From an uncultured Candidatus Berkelbacteria bacterium (lineage in GTDB: Bacteria; Patescibacteriota; UBA1384; CAILIB01), in contig CAILIB010000040.1 in the NCBI GenBank assembly GCA_903834195.1, forward strand, positions 7,297-71,296: a DNA stretch of 64,000 nt, in the 5' to 3' direction. Below, piece by piece: positions 21,087 to 30,186 of the stretch. The translations under genes and the position numbers were made by a program. Position 1 is the first letter of the stretch. Each line of letters starts with the position of its first letter. The notes beneath the pieces were generated by a model. The model was not told the DNA's origin, made no database searches, and worked only from the letters and a program-made list of their open reading frames with translations.

Positions 21087-22178
21087 ATGAACTTCTCTCA
21101 AAAAATACTGCGAACGATAGTTACCATCTGCACTCTCTGTGCAGTACTGGTTGGCGCAACAATACCAAAAGCAACACTCGCTGCATCAATTCTTTCCCCT
21201 TCAGTTGGACTATCTGACGTACACAATATTGCAACTGGCGTGACCTACACTATTACGTTTACTACTGGAAGTACTGACACATTAAAACAAATGGATTTTC
21301 AGTTTGCTACAACTAATAGCAACACTACAAAACCAGCATCACTAAACCTTACATCAAGCACACTTGGAACGTCGACTGGATTTAATGGAAGTTGGACAAT
21401 CGATACTACCGATGCGAGTACTGGATTACTTCACCTCGTAAATACTACTGGTGAATCTATTGCAGCTTCCACTACTATTAGTGCAGTTTTCAGCGGAATT
21501 ACTAACCCAGAAATTGCTGATTGCGATTCAGCAACCACGACCCTATCCGATACCTGTTGGATTCGTATAAAGACATTTAATGATGCAGGTATCACAACTG
21601 TAGATAGTGGTAACGTTCCTTTCACAATTACCGAAGACCCGAGTATGTCGTTCCAAGTTGAGAATGTGGTAACTGGAGAAACTCACAACGGTATTACCTC
21701 AACCCTCGATAGTACAAGTGATAGTATTGCCTTTGGTCACCTCCAAATTGGAACTGTTGAATACGCAATCCAGAAGCTTACAATTCAGACAAACGCACCA
21801 CACGGATACGTGGTCAATGCATACCTTCCAACAGGTATTACTGGTGCTAATAGCTCGAGTGATGTCATTAGCCCATTTGGAGCAGTAAACGCTACCTGGA
21901 GTACTCCGCAATCTTGGGCGTCACCGTTTGGAACAACACCTAATAGTAACACTGGCTGGATCGGAGCTAACACAAGTGACGGCCGAGTTTCGGGATGGTA
22001 TGGACAAAGCAATAAATTTGGCCCACTATCAACTACGCCGCACACTGTTGCATATAGTTCAGGTGCCGACCGAACTGGAACCGTGGTATATGTTGCATAT
22101 GCAATTGAAGTGAACGGCTACCAACCGTCTGATTACTACACTGGAGAAATCTCCTACGATGTCCAAGCTAAGTACTGA
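21087..22178 (+). CDS. Secreted two-domain surface protein, WxL-like (paralog B)
   Basis: The ORF track starts at TTG 21072. ATG 21087 gives the signal peptide 'MNFSQKILRTIVTICTLCAVLVGATIPKATLA'. Shares the motifs listed for paralog A. Confidence 0.55.
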   Translation: MNFSQKILRTIVTICTLCAVLVGATIPKATLAASILSPSVGLSDVHNIATGVTYTITFTTGSTDTLKQMDFQFATTNSNTTKPASLNLTSSTLGTSTGFNGSWTIDTTDASTGLLHLVNTTGESIAASTTISAVFSGITNPEIADCDSATTTLSDTCWIRIKTFNDAGITTVDSGNVPFTITEDPSMSFQVENVVTGETHNGITSTLDSTSDSIAFGHLQIGTVEYAIQKLTIQTNAPHGYVVNAYLPTGITGANSSSDVISPFGAVNATWSTPQSWASPFGTTPNSNTGWIGANTSDGRVSGWYGQSNKFGPLSTTPHTVAYSSGADRTGTVVYVAYAIEVNGYQPSDYYTGEISYDVQAKY

Positions 22179-22938
22179 TCCAACTCTGATCGTAAAAATA
22201 GCCTCCGTTATTGGTGGTTTATTTTTGGTCGGATTAGTAGGTAGTGCATGGTTTCCACAGCCATGTTCATATTTACGCCAGTCTATTAGTTCCTGCCCCC
22301 GCACATTCATCGGAGTTGAACCCCCTGCAATTCATGAACTCAATCGTGTTCCTCATACAGATATCGTTACGGGAAACGCCATTTTCACCACCAAAGCACA
22401 AGATAAACGTGCAAAAACTGTAGTAGATTTTGAGTACCATGCCGACTACACAGCTCAAAACGCATTTCTCGAAATCAACGATGGAACTTCATATAAGCAG
22501 CTTGGATTAATCACTTCACCACTACTTACAGGCCTCGATTGGCCTCGAAACATCGATACAGACGCTGGATTGACCCTCTATCAGCGCGGAGATGACTACG
22601 AAAATCTAGACAAATTATTTGCTAACTTACCACCCGCATCTACCCTCGCAGCTGACGCACCAGCAGCTCGTCTTTACGGCCTAAAAGATGGGCAATACAC
22701 CCCACTTGAAGGACTTACGGATCTCACTACTATCAATGTGATAGTTACTACTTATGCCCCTCCCCAATCTGATGGAACGTGGAAAATGTACGTACACCAA
22801 TTCAATTTGAGCACAATTCCTGCCCAAAAAGATGGCACATTAGCATGGCGAATTACCGCCCCAAAACCTTCAGAAACTGCCCTAGATTTTCTCCTCGGCC
22901 AAGTACATATCGACTATCGTGATGACCGATTTCCATGA
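22159..22938 (+). CDS. Hypothetical N-anchored extracytoplasmic protein
   Basis: TM 'IASVIGGLFLVGLVGSAWF'. 20-nt overlap with paralog B suggests translational coupling. Confidence 0.5.
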   Translation: MSKLSTDPTLIVKIASVIGGLFLVGLVGSAWFPQPCSYLRQSISSCPRTFIGVEPPAIHELNRVPHTDIVTGNAIFTTKAQDKRAKTVVDFEYHADYTAQNAFLEINDGTSYKQLGLITSPLLTGLDWPRNIDTDAGLTLYQRGDDYENLDKLFANLPPASTLAADAPAARLYGLKDGQYTPLEGLTDLTTINVIVTTYAPPQSDGTWKMYVHQFNLSTIPAQKDGTLAWRITAPKPSETALDFLLGQVHIDYRDDRFP

Positions 22939-22956
22939 CAAAAAATCGGCTAGCCT

Positions 22957-22985
22957 TGCAAGATCCTAAATTTATGCTGATAATA
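22957..22985 (+). promoter_or_regulatory. Candidate promoter TTGCAA-N17-GATAAT
   Basis: TTGCAA at 22957-22962 and GATAAT at 22980-22985, preceded by TG at 22978-22979. Confidence 0.45.
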
Positions 22986-23014
22986 AAACTAAATTCTTTC
23001 CCTAGAAAAATAAC

Positions 23015-23935
23015 ATGCGCCTGAAACGACTAGCCCACTCACTGCTCGCAGTACTCGTACTTTTCGGAGGGATCCAGCTTTCTATACCATCTGCCCATGC
23101 AGATACTGTTAGTATTATTCCACCTAAGTTTGAAGTGTTCGGTAATCCTGGGGATACCCTCACTGAAAAGTTGAAGGTTAATAATAGCAGTGTCACAGAA
23201 GGAACCTACCAAGTTCAGGTAGAAGACTTCCGTGCACAAGGTGATGACGGAAGCGTCGATCTCGTAGAAGATGGTTCTCCACGGACCAGCTACTCACTTG
23301 CAAGCTGGATTACTACCGAACCTAGCAGCTTCACAGTTGCTGCCGGACAAGAAAAGGTTGTTACCTTTACCATCAAAATTCCAAAGACTGGTGAGCCAGG
23401 TGGTCACTACGCTTCAGTTCTGATTAAAAAGGCTGGACAAACAGCTCCAGGCTCAGCTTCAGTAGATAGTCGTATCGGAAGTCTTGTTCTCTTGCGCGTT
23501 TCTGGAAACGTTACTGAAAGTCTTACACTTGATTCATTTACTACTGACTCGTACTCACAGTACGGCCCAGTTAATTTCAAGCTCCTCTTTACCAACAATG
23601 GTAATGTGCACATTGCTCCTACTGGAACAATTGTAATTAGCAACCTCTTTGGTCAGAAGGTAAAGGAAATTCCAGTATCAGGTGCAAACGTACTTCCTGG
23701 TGCAAACCGTTTAGTTACTGCAACTTGGGATTCTACCAACTTAGTTGGTCGTTATACCGCAACCTACCAGGCAACCTACGGAACTCCTAAACAAAATCTT
23801 GCTGCCACTGTCAGCTTCGTAGTCTTCCCAGTCTATTTGATCTTCGTTGTCATCATAGTTATTGCACTTGTTTACCTCCTTATCGCTAAGCGCAAATCTC
23901 TGAAGCGCTTGATCAACAACATTACCTCAGACTAG
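23015..23935 (+). CDS. DUF916/DUF3324-like cell-surface protein with C-terminal membrane anchor
   Basis: Signal peptide '...SIPSAHA/DT', then two Ig-like halves ('IIPPKFEVFGNPGDTLTEKLKVNNSS', 'GGHYASVLI', 'RIGSLVLLRVSGN', 'FKLLFTNNGNVHIAPTGTIVI', 'VLPGANRLVTATWDSTNLVGRYTA'). Ends in TM 'VFPVYLIFVVIIVIALVYLLIA' plus a basic tail. Confidence 0.5.
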   Translation: MRLKRLAHSLLAVLVLFGGIQLSIPSAHADTVSIIPPKFEVFGNPGDTLTEKLKVNNSSVTEGTYQVQVEDFRAQGDDGSVDLVEDGSPRTSYSLASWITTEPSSFTVAAGQEKVVTFTIKIPKTGEPGGHYASVLIKKAGQTAPGSASVDSRIGSLVLLRVSGNVTESLTLDSFTTDSYSQYGPVNFKLLFTNNGNVHIAPTGTIVISNLFGQKVKEIPVSGANVLPGANRLVTATWDSTNLVGRYTATYQATYGTPKQNLAATVSFVVFPVYLIFVVIIVIALVYLLIAKRKSLKRLINNITSD

Positions 23936-23946
23936 TTCTCAGGCAC

Positions 23947-25218
23947 ATGACGGGGGGGACACCATCATTGCTCGCTGCATCTGTACGCAAAGCGGCAGGA
24001 ATACTTTCCTGCCTCTGCCTGCTTTTTATGTACCTCAACCCAACTCCAGCGTTCGCTTCTCCAGGAACACTCCAGTTGGCTCGAGATATTGTTGATGCCA
24101 CAACTCCATCACAAACAAATATTGGTCACTCGATCTATTTTGTTCTTCCATACGAGTCTCAACAGATCCAACCAAGTGATTGGATAGAGATTTCGATGCC
24201 AAAGTATTCTAGCATTGTCCTTCCGACTGCCTTTAGTGGTATTTACGGAACTCCAACAGTTGATCTTATTGGTACAACTATTCGACTTACAAACGTTGTA
24301 CTCCTCAACGGTACAGGAATGGGAATCGATGGCATCTCTGCCCGTAATGCAAACACACTCAGTGATGAACAAATCATTATCAGTGTATGTGATGATGCGG
24401 CCTGTACTCTTGTCCGCAACCAAGTTCAGATTGAACCAAGTCAATCAGGTAACACTGTTAACGTTACCGCAACCATTGATAATCCACTCTCATCTCTTTC
24501 AATAAGTGGATTTACTTCACCAAATGCCTTCATCACTCTTGTTGAAGGACCATCTGTTCTCGGTACCACAGTTTCAGGAGGAACTGGGTTTTTCAATTTT
24601 TTCCTTACTGCCCTTGCACCTGGTAACCATAGTTACAAAATTACTGGAACTGACACCCAGGGACGGAATACTTCTCAGAGCACACTCAACCTCTACTTAC
24701 TTGGAGCCAATCTTACTACAGTAACAAGTATTCTCCTCTCCCCGACAATCTCTCTGGATAAAACAGCTATTAATCCGGGTGATACAATAACTATGAGCGG
24801 TAGTACTGAGCCGAATAACCAAATTAATCTCTTCGTTGAAGCTCCGCTCAAAAGCTATACGGTTACCGCTGATACAAACGGAAATTGGACCTATACAATT
24901 CCTGGAACAGATACAACCAGCTTTTTACCAGGTCAGTATCAAACGTATGCGATTAGTCAGGATGGCTTGGGAACTCAAAGTCAGATCGGTCTTACACTCA
25001 ACTTTACAGTCAATTCTCCTACGACCGACCCAAACAACCCAGCTCCACGCTGTGATATCTCACACGGAGACTTAAACTGTGATGGTAAAACAAGCCTGAC
25101 TGACTTCTCAATCCTGCTCTATCACTGGCAGACCAACCATAAAGTTGCCGACATCAACGGTGATACAAAGGTTAACCTTACTGACTTTTCAATTATGATG
25201 TTCTACTTCACACGATGA
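23947..25218 (+). CDS. Secreted Ig-like repeat protein with C-terminal type-I-like dockerin
   Basis: Signal peptide '...PTPAFA/SPG'. Dockerin duplicated Ca-binding loops 'DLNCDGKTSLTD...LL' and 'DINGDTKVNLTD...MM' in the last ~55 aa (about 25047-25215). Confidence 0.7.
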   Translation: MTGGTPSLLAASVRKAAGILSCLCLLFMYLNPTPAFASPGTLQLARDIVDATTPSQTNIGHSIYFVLPYESQQIQPSDWIEISMPKYSSIVLPTAFSGIYGTPTVDLIGTTIRLTNVVLLNGTGMGIDGISARNANTLSDEQIIISVCDDAACTLVRNQVQIEPSQSGNTVNVTATIDNPLSSLSISGFTSPNAFITLVEGPSVLGTTVSGGTGFFNFFLTALAPGNHSYKITGTDTQGRNTSQSTLNLYLLGANLTTVTSILLSPTISLDKTAINPGDTITMSGSTEPNNQINLFVEAPLKSYTVTADTNGNWTYTIPGTDTTSFLPGQYQTYAISQDGLGTQSQIGLTLNFTVNSPTTDPNNPAPRCDISHGDLNCDGKTSLTDFSILLYHWQTNHKVADINGDTKVNLTDFSIMMFYFTR

Positions 25219-25784
25219 GCACTGTTCTCAAAACTATCAAATCTGGCATTCACCACTACCGAAAACTCTCGGTACGTAATCGTGCACTGCTTTGGGTCGT
25301 AGTGCTTGTGATTGGGGTAATTATTCTCCCGCCGGTTATCGATAAGGAAATCCACCGCAATCAAAGTGTGAAAATGTATTTTACAGTACCCAATACAACA
25401 GTAAGTGTTGGTGAAACATTTCCTCTCGAACTACGCGTACAAACTGGCGGACAAGCAATAAATGCAGTTGGTAGTATTATCCACTTCAACCCGCTATACC
25501 TGGAAGTTGTCAGTATGACTACCGATAAGTCATTTTGTTCCTTTTACCTAGATAATACCTTTGATACCATAAAGGGAGAGGTAAAAGTCACATGCGGAAC
25601 GCCAAGCCCTGGCTTCACTGGTGATTCTCTCGTTGTTCACCTTAATATGCGTGCCAAAATTCTCGGCACTACCACAGTAAGTGTAGACCCCGCCAATACA
25701 AATGCCCTTGCCAACGATGGCAAAGGAACCAATATTCTTGGTACTCACCCCGATCTTGAACTTACAATCAACCAGTTCCTCTAG
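25215..25784 (+). CDS. N-anchored cohesin-like domain protein
   Basis: TM 'ALLWVVVLVIGVIILPPVI'. Cohesin-like 'VSVGETFPLELRVQTGGQAINAVGSIIHFNPLYLEVVS...GEVKVTCG...VHLNMRAKILGTTTVSV...LANDGKGTNIL'. Confidence 0.6.
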   Translation: MSTVLKTIKSGIHHYRKLSVRNRALLWVVVLVIGVIILPPVIDKEIHRNQSVKMYFTVPNTTVSVGETFPLELRVQTGGQAINAVGSIIHFNPLYLEVVSMTTDKSFCSFYLDNTFDTIKGEVKVTCGTPSPGFTGDSLVVHLNMRAKILGTTTVSVDPANTNALANDGKGTNILGTHPDLELTINQFL

Positions 25785-25788
25785 ATAC

Positions 25789-26982
25789 ATGATTCGTCGC
25801 ACAGTTCGCACAATTGTCAGCCTTTCACTCGCCATTCTGGTGGGTTTTTCCCTGTTTGTGAACGCACCAAAACAGGTTGAAGCCGCTGCCTCACTTTCAG
25901 TAACCGCAAGTTCCCCGGTTCGAATAGCTGACACGATTTCTGTTGGTATTTACGTAAATACTGGTGGACAATATGCTAATTCATTTGACCTCCACTTTTC
26001 CTATCCAGCCAACTTACTCGACCCAGTTCGTGGAAGTACTACAGGCTCAGTGTGTAGTATCTGGATTACCCAACCTGACCCAAACGGTGGCGGAGCTGAC
26101 ATTTCCTGTGGCAAACCTGGTGGATTTAACGGCAGCGGGCTACTTGCAACTATTTACCTGAGTGCAAAACTTGATGGGTCAGCAACATTTGGATTATCCA
26201 ACTGTTCTGTTTTGGCAAACGATGGCCAAGGAACCGATATTACTGGCGGATGTAGTGGGCGCACCATTACAATTAACCCAGATACAGTTGCGGCAACTCC
26301 TCCCCCTTCTACACCAGTTCCAAACACTCCAGTACCTACACTCAACCCGGTTAATACACCAAAGCCGGTAACAACACCTCGTCCACCTGCTACACCATCT
26401 AACATTGGCTCTTCTGCCACTCCAAAACCTGCAGGAACAACAGCCCCAACCGATACTGCAAAAACTCCCACTCCAACTGCCACACCTACTCCACCGCCCG
26501 CTGTAGCACTTCCTAGCACCTCACCAACTCCAAGTGTGGCTGCAGGTATTACAGGAACAGATGGAACGAGTGGAACTGATAGTTCAGGGACTCAAAAACG
26601 TACTATCTCAACTGCATTTAGTGACGTATTTAAATCGTTAGGAAATATTAAAAGCCTAGGTGGTGACACTACTGGTCTCTTTGCGCTTCTTCTTGCCATG
26701 ATTCCAGTACTCGGCTTATTCTGCGCAATCCTCTTCTTCATCTACCGTCTATTTGCCCTCGACAAACAGCGTCGACGAAGTATGGATCGCCTCTTTGAAA
26801 TGGAACTTTCAGAGCTAGCAGCCCTTGAAGGAAAAATGGATCTTCTCGCTGAAAAAGGTACTAAAGGCCGTGAACAGTATCGTGAAGAATTCCGCCTCGC
26901 CAAAGAACATATTCTGCGCCAAATAAAACCAGATTACGCTAAACCTGTAGAACCTGAAAAACCAAGTACTCCCGGGCAATAA
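25789..26982 (+). CDS. Cohesin-like domain, Pro/Thr linker, TM and cytoplasmic coiled-coil protein
   Basis: ATG 25789 (MIRRTVRTIV...) follows the upstream stop; the track start at 25702 overlaps the previous gene. 'ISVGIYVNTGGQYANSFDLHFSYPANLL...ISCG...IYLSAKLDGSATFGL...LANDGQGTDITG'. PT-rich linker, TM 'LFALLLAMIPVLGLFCAILFFIY', charged helical tail. Confidence 0.6.
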   Translation: MIRRTVRTIVSLSLAILVGFSLFVNAPKQVEAAASLSVTASSPVRIADTISVGIYVNTGGQYANSFDLHFSYPANLLDPVRGSTTGSVCSIWITQPDPNGGGADISCGKPGGFNGSGLLATIYLSAKLDGSATFGLSNCSVLANDGQGTDITGGCSGRTITINPDTVAATPPPSTPVPNTPVPTLNPVNTPKPVTTPRPPATPSNIGSSATPKPAGTTAPTDTAKTPTPTATPTPPPAVALPSTSPTPSVAAGITGTDGTSGTDSSGTQKRTISTAFSDVFKSLGNIKSLGGDTTGLFALLLAMIPVLGLFCAILFFIYRLFALDKQRRRSMDRLFEMELSELAALEGKMDLLAEKGTKGREQYREEFRLAKEHILRQIKPDYAKPVEPEKPSTPGQ

Positions 26983-27025
26983 GCTATCGGAAATGTGTTG
27001 AGAAATGATACGATAGAAGGGCAAT

Positions 27026-28366
27026 ATGTCGGCAAAACATCGCGGACAACCTGAGGAACAACCACAATCTACGGGGGCAGATGCTTTTTGGGCTACCAGT
27101 ACTGCTGAAGCGGAGGCGTACAAAAAGCGCTTTACTGACCAAATCTCTCGCCTTCAAGAGCGCCAAAAAGAACTCGTCCAGCAAACTGCTGACGAGCTTG
27201 AAATATTGAAGCAGGAACTTTCAGATAGCAAAGATCTCGAACAGAAAATCACTTCTGCCCGTCAACCACTTCTTGATGAAATCAATGCCCTACGAGCATC
27301 CATGGCCGCAGCAGACGAGCACAACGCCAGCCTGCAAGAGCAGCTTCGTCACGTTCAGCGAAACTATCAATCACAATACCTACAGCTTCAAGGCCTGGTT
27401 TCTTCACTGAAGAATACGTTGCGCGGACAAGCTCGCACACTTGATCAGCAAATTCGCGTCTATTCTCTAGATGCTACACAGAGTCTTGAGAGCATGCTCT
27501 CATCACTTGATGCAGCACAACTTCCACCATTTGAAGCTCCGGAGATTACAGTTGGCGCCGCGCCTGTGCACCATCCGGCTCCACGGCCTGCTCCCGCTCC
27601 TGCCCTTGCGCAAACGATCGCACTACCTGTTTCTCCCCTCGTTTCGAACCCAAAACAAGATGAACGGTTTGCAAAACACGAAGCAAAACTACGTGCAGAA
27701 GCTGTGCGTAAAGCCGATGTACATCCTGCCTCTCGCAAGCGTTCCCCTATCCGTCGTTTTGCAATTCGCTCAATTATAGCTGCACTATTCGCGGCTGCGG
27801 GAGTTACAGGTGTTCATAATTTCCTCCAACACAATACGTCACATGCTACCACCGATACGGGAACTGTTGCCGGTGTAAGTACTGAGGCGGCCGTAGATGT
27901 TAAGCCAGCAACCGAACAGTACCCAGAATCGTTTGCAACCGTTTCCTATGCAGATACAGTTTGGGAACAAACCAGCGATGGTGAAATGGGCGTTGCGTTT
28001 AAGTATCCAAAGAATGCAAGTAATCGTGTTCGCGAATTGAGTGGAAATAATCTCTGGATTCTTCGTTTCTGGGACTACCTATTTAAAATCAACCGAGACG
28101 ATTCAACGAGTTCAATTGATACCTGGATGACCAACAACCAGGCCACCTACGTTGATGACTACATTTCTGCACGAGGCACGTTTAAAAACCAATCAGCTTG
28201 GATACTCACACCAAAGGTTAAAAGTGCAACCTCTGGAACAATGTACGTAATAAGTCACGGAAAAACAGTTCTCAACTTCTGGATTAAGGATGAAGATCCA
28301 AACAGTGATGATGGTAAGCGCCTAGCCGATATGGTTACCAGTATCCAGCTTCTTCCTCCCCAATGA
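27026..28366 (+). CDS. Hypothetical bitopic membrane protein with N-terminal cytoplasmic coiled coil
   Basis: Heptad-like 'ELVQQTADELEILKQELSDSKDLEQKI...', Pro/Ala-rich segment, TM 'FAIRSIIAALFAAAGVTGV', then a C-terminal extracytoplasmic domain. Confidence 0.5.
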   Translation: MSAKHRGQPEEQPQSTGADAFWATSTAEAEAYKKRFTDQISRLQERQKELVQQTADELEILKQELSDSKDLEQKITSARQPLLDEINALRASMAAADEHNASLQEQLRHVQRNYQSQYLQLQGLVSSLKNTLRGQARTLDQQIRVYSLDATQSLESMLSSLDAAQLPPFEAPEITVGAAPVHHPAPRPAPAPALAQTIALPVSPLVSNPKQDERFAKHEAKLRAEAVRKADVHPASRKRSPIRRFAIRSIIAALFAAAGVTGVHNFLQHNTSHATTDTGTVAGVSTEAAVDVKPATEQYPESFATVSYADTVWEQTSDGEMGVAFKYPKNASNRVRELSGNNLWILRFWDYLFKINRDDSTSSIDTWMTNNQATYVDDYISARGTFKNQSAWILTPKVKSATSGTMYVISHGKTVLNFWIKDEDPNSDDGKRLADMVTSIQLLPPQ

Positions 28367-30015
28367 ACGAGTTGATTGGACACATCCTTAGAACGCTCGC
28401 CCTACCTGCGCAACAAGCCAGTGACATTCTCCACCTAACTTCAGTTGGAATTGTACAGCAATCAGTTGCACTTGCTGCACTTATTCTTACTGGTGCACTT
28501 GCGACTATTTTCTTTGCAGCCTGGTTTGAACGGCGCAAAGCTCTTTTTGCGGCTGCATTTTTGGTGAGCATTACAGCTGGGCTACTTATTACATATGTCA
28601 CCAATTATTACCGTAGTGCTTGGGTATATAGCGTCATAATTTGTATACTTGCCGCCGACGTTACCTGGAGAATGAGTCGCACTAAAATTCTACGTATTCT
28701 GATGGGGACCTGGTTTCTAGCAGCTATAGTGATCGTTGGTGGAATTGCGATAGGAGGAACGTTAACAGAGTATTTCCACGCAAACAAAACTACTGCAGCT
28801 CTTTCTCAAAACACAGCAGATACCCAAGCAAAAATCGCCACATATCAAAAGAGTGTTGCTTCTACATTAAAGTCTGCCACTACCTCAGAAGATATAATTC
28901 GACTTGCAACTGAACCTAATCCAACTGTTTCAGAATTAACAGCAGTTCAACAGGAATTTGATCTTGATTTTCTCAGTCTACGAACCTTAACTGGAGCTGT
29001 TCTAGTTGAGACATCACGTATTCCCCATCCACTCGTGTCAGGTACTAGTGATTTAGCACAACTGTCTACCGATGAACGAGGCGTACCAACTGCCACTTCA
29101 ACCTCTTTAATTCAACTATCCTCCGGCAATATCACTCTGAGTGGTGGAAGCTTCCTTGATTCAGCTCGCCTCACAAAACTTGGCGTTCACGGTGCCCTTG
29201 CTTCGCACTTTGGTGTTGAAAGCTCGTCCGGATTAAAAGGTGATGAACTTCTCGCCGTAACTGCAGATGATACAAGGACCCAATTCCAAGCTAATACTTC
29301 GGCACAATTTTATACTTTTACCAGCACTGGCAGAGCCTACCTTTCTGGCCAACCTCTAGATGGAGATACCAACTTAATTGTCGTAAGTGTTTCTACGGAC
29401 TCAAGCTATGCAGTTTGGCAACGTGGAATCATTGCAGGTGAAGTTGTACTCATTGCTCTTAAGTGCCTTGCGTTTCTTCTCTTTCACCGCAAACAACGTG
29501 TTAAAAAAACTGTGCTTATTTTCTCAGCCCTTACTCTCGTTTTACTTGGCGCAGGTACCACCTGGGCACGTGAAAAAACTGAGATCGCAACAGGATACAC
29601 TGCTACAACAATTCGATTAGATCGACCTGCAGTTACTCCACATATCTACTTCCGAACTGTCACCTCTGGTCTTCAGGTGCAAATTGATATGGCCGGAGCC
29701 AATGTAGCCCAACTCTCAGTCGCGATTCAACTACCAGGCAATCTACCTGCAAACACTGTAACGTTGGATTCAACCTTTTGCACCAGGATAGATTCACAAC
29801 CAGCTGTTTCTTCTAGAAATATCCTCACATTCACCTGCTCGACATCTAATCCCCCTCTTAAGGGCCAAGGAGGCGTTGTTGCAACGATTACTGCCCCTGC
29901 TTCATTCTTTGCAACTGGGCAGGTTAGTTTAATCTCTGGAACAGCCCAGGCTCGTACCGATGGAGCAAATCAAACCGTCCCCGTTCGTGCCGACCCACTT
30001 GTACCCGCTCAATAA
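28363..30015 (+). CDS. Hypothetical polytopic membrane protein with extracytoplasmic domains (C-terminal domain possibly cohesin-like)
   Basis: At least 6 predicted TM helices. 4-nt overlap with the upstream gene. C-terminal 'LQVQIDMAGANVAQLSVAIQLPGNL...TFTCS...GGVVATITA' loosely resembles the cohesin-like modules upstream. Confidence 0.45.
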   Translation: MNELIGHILRTLALPAQQASDILHLTSVGIVQQSVALAALILTGALATIFFAAWFERRKALFAAAFLVSITAGLLITYVTNYYRSAWVYSVIICILAADVTWRMSRTKILRILMGTWFLAAIVIVGGIAIGGTLTEYFHANKTTAALSQNTADTQAKIATYQKSVASTLKSATTSEDIIRLATEPNPTVSELTAVQQEFDLDFLSLRTLTGAVLVETSRIPHPLVSGTSDLAQLSTDERGVPTATSTSLIQLSSGNITLSGGSFLDSARLTKLGVHGALASHFGVESSSGLKGDELLAVTADDTRTQFQANTSAQFYTFTSTGRAYLSGQPLDGDTNLIVVSVSTDSSYAVWQRGIIAGEVVLIALKCLAFLLFHRKQRVKKTVLIFSALTLVLLGAGTTWAREKTEIATGYTATTIRLDRPAVTPHIYFRTVTSGLQVQIDMAGANVAQLSVAIQLPGNLPANTVTLDSTFCTRIDSQPAVSSRNILTFTCSTSNPPLKGQGGVVATITAPASFFATGQVSLISGTAQARTDGANQTVPVRADPLVPAQ

Positions 30016-30073
30016 CTAGATTGGAACAGAGTTTCTTGCTATAGTACTTGAAGTCAACGACGTACATACACCT

Positions 30074-30148
30074 GGCAGGGTAGCTCAGCGGTAGAGCAGG
30101 AGACTCATAAGCTCTTGGTCGTGGGTTCGATTCCCGCCCCTGCCACCA
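30074..30148 (+). tRNA. tRNA with CAT anticodon (elongator Met, or Ile2 if lysidine-modified)
   Basis: Cloverleaf traced by hand. Acceptor GGCAGGG/CCCTGCC, D stem GCTC/GAGC, anticodon loop CTCATAA, T arm GTGGG-TTCGATT-CCCGC, encoded CCA. The anticodon stem has an A31-G39 mismatch. The body resembles ileX-type tRNAs. Confidence 0.85.
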
Positions 30149-30186
30149 ACATAAAAAGACTGGTCAACCAGTCTTTTTATGTTGGT
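30145..30186 (+). terminator. 19-bp perfect hairpin starting inside the tRNA ACCA end
   Basis: accaacataaaaagactgg-tcaa-ccagtctttttatgttggt. Confidence 0.75.
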
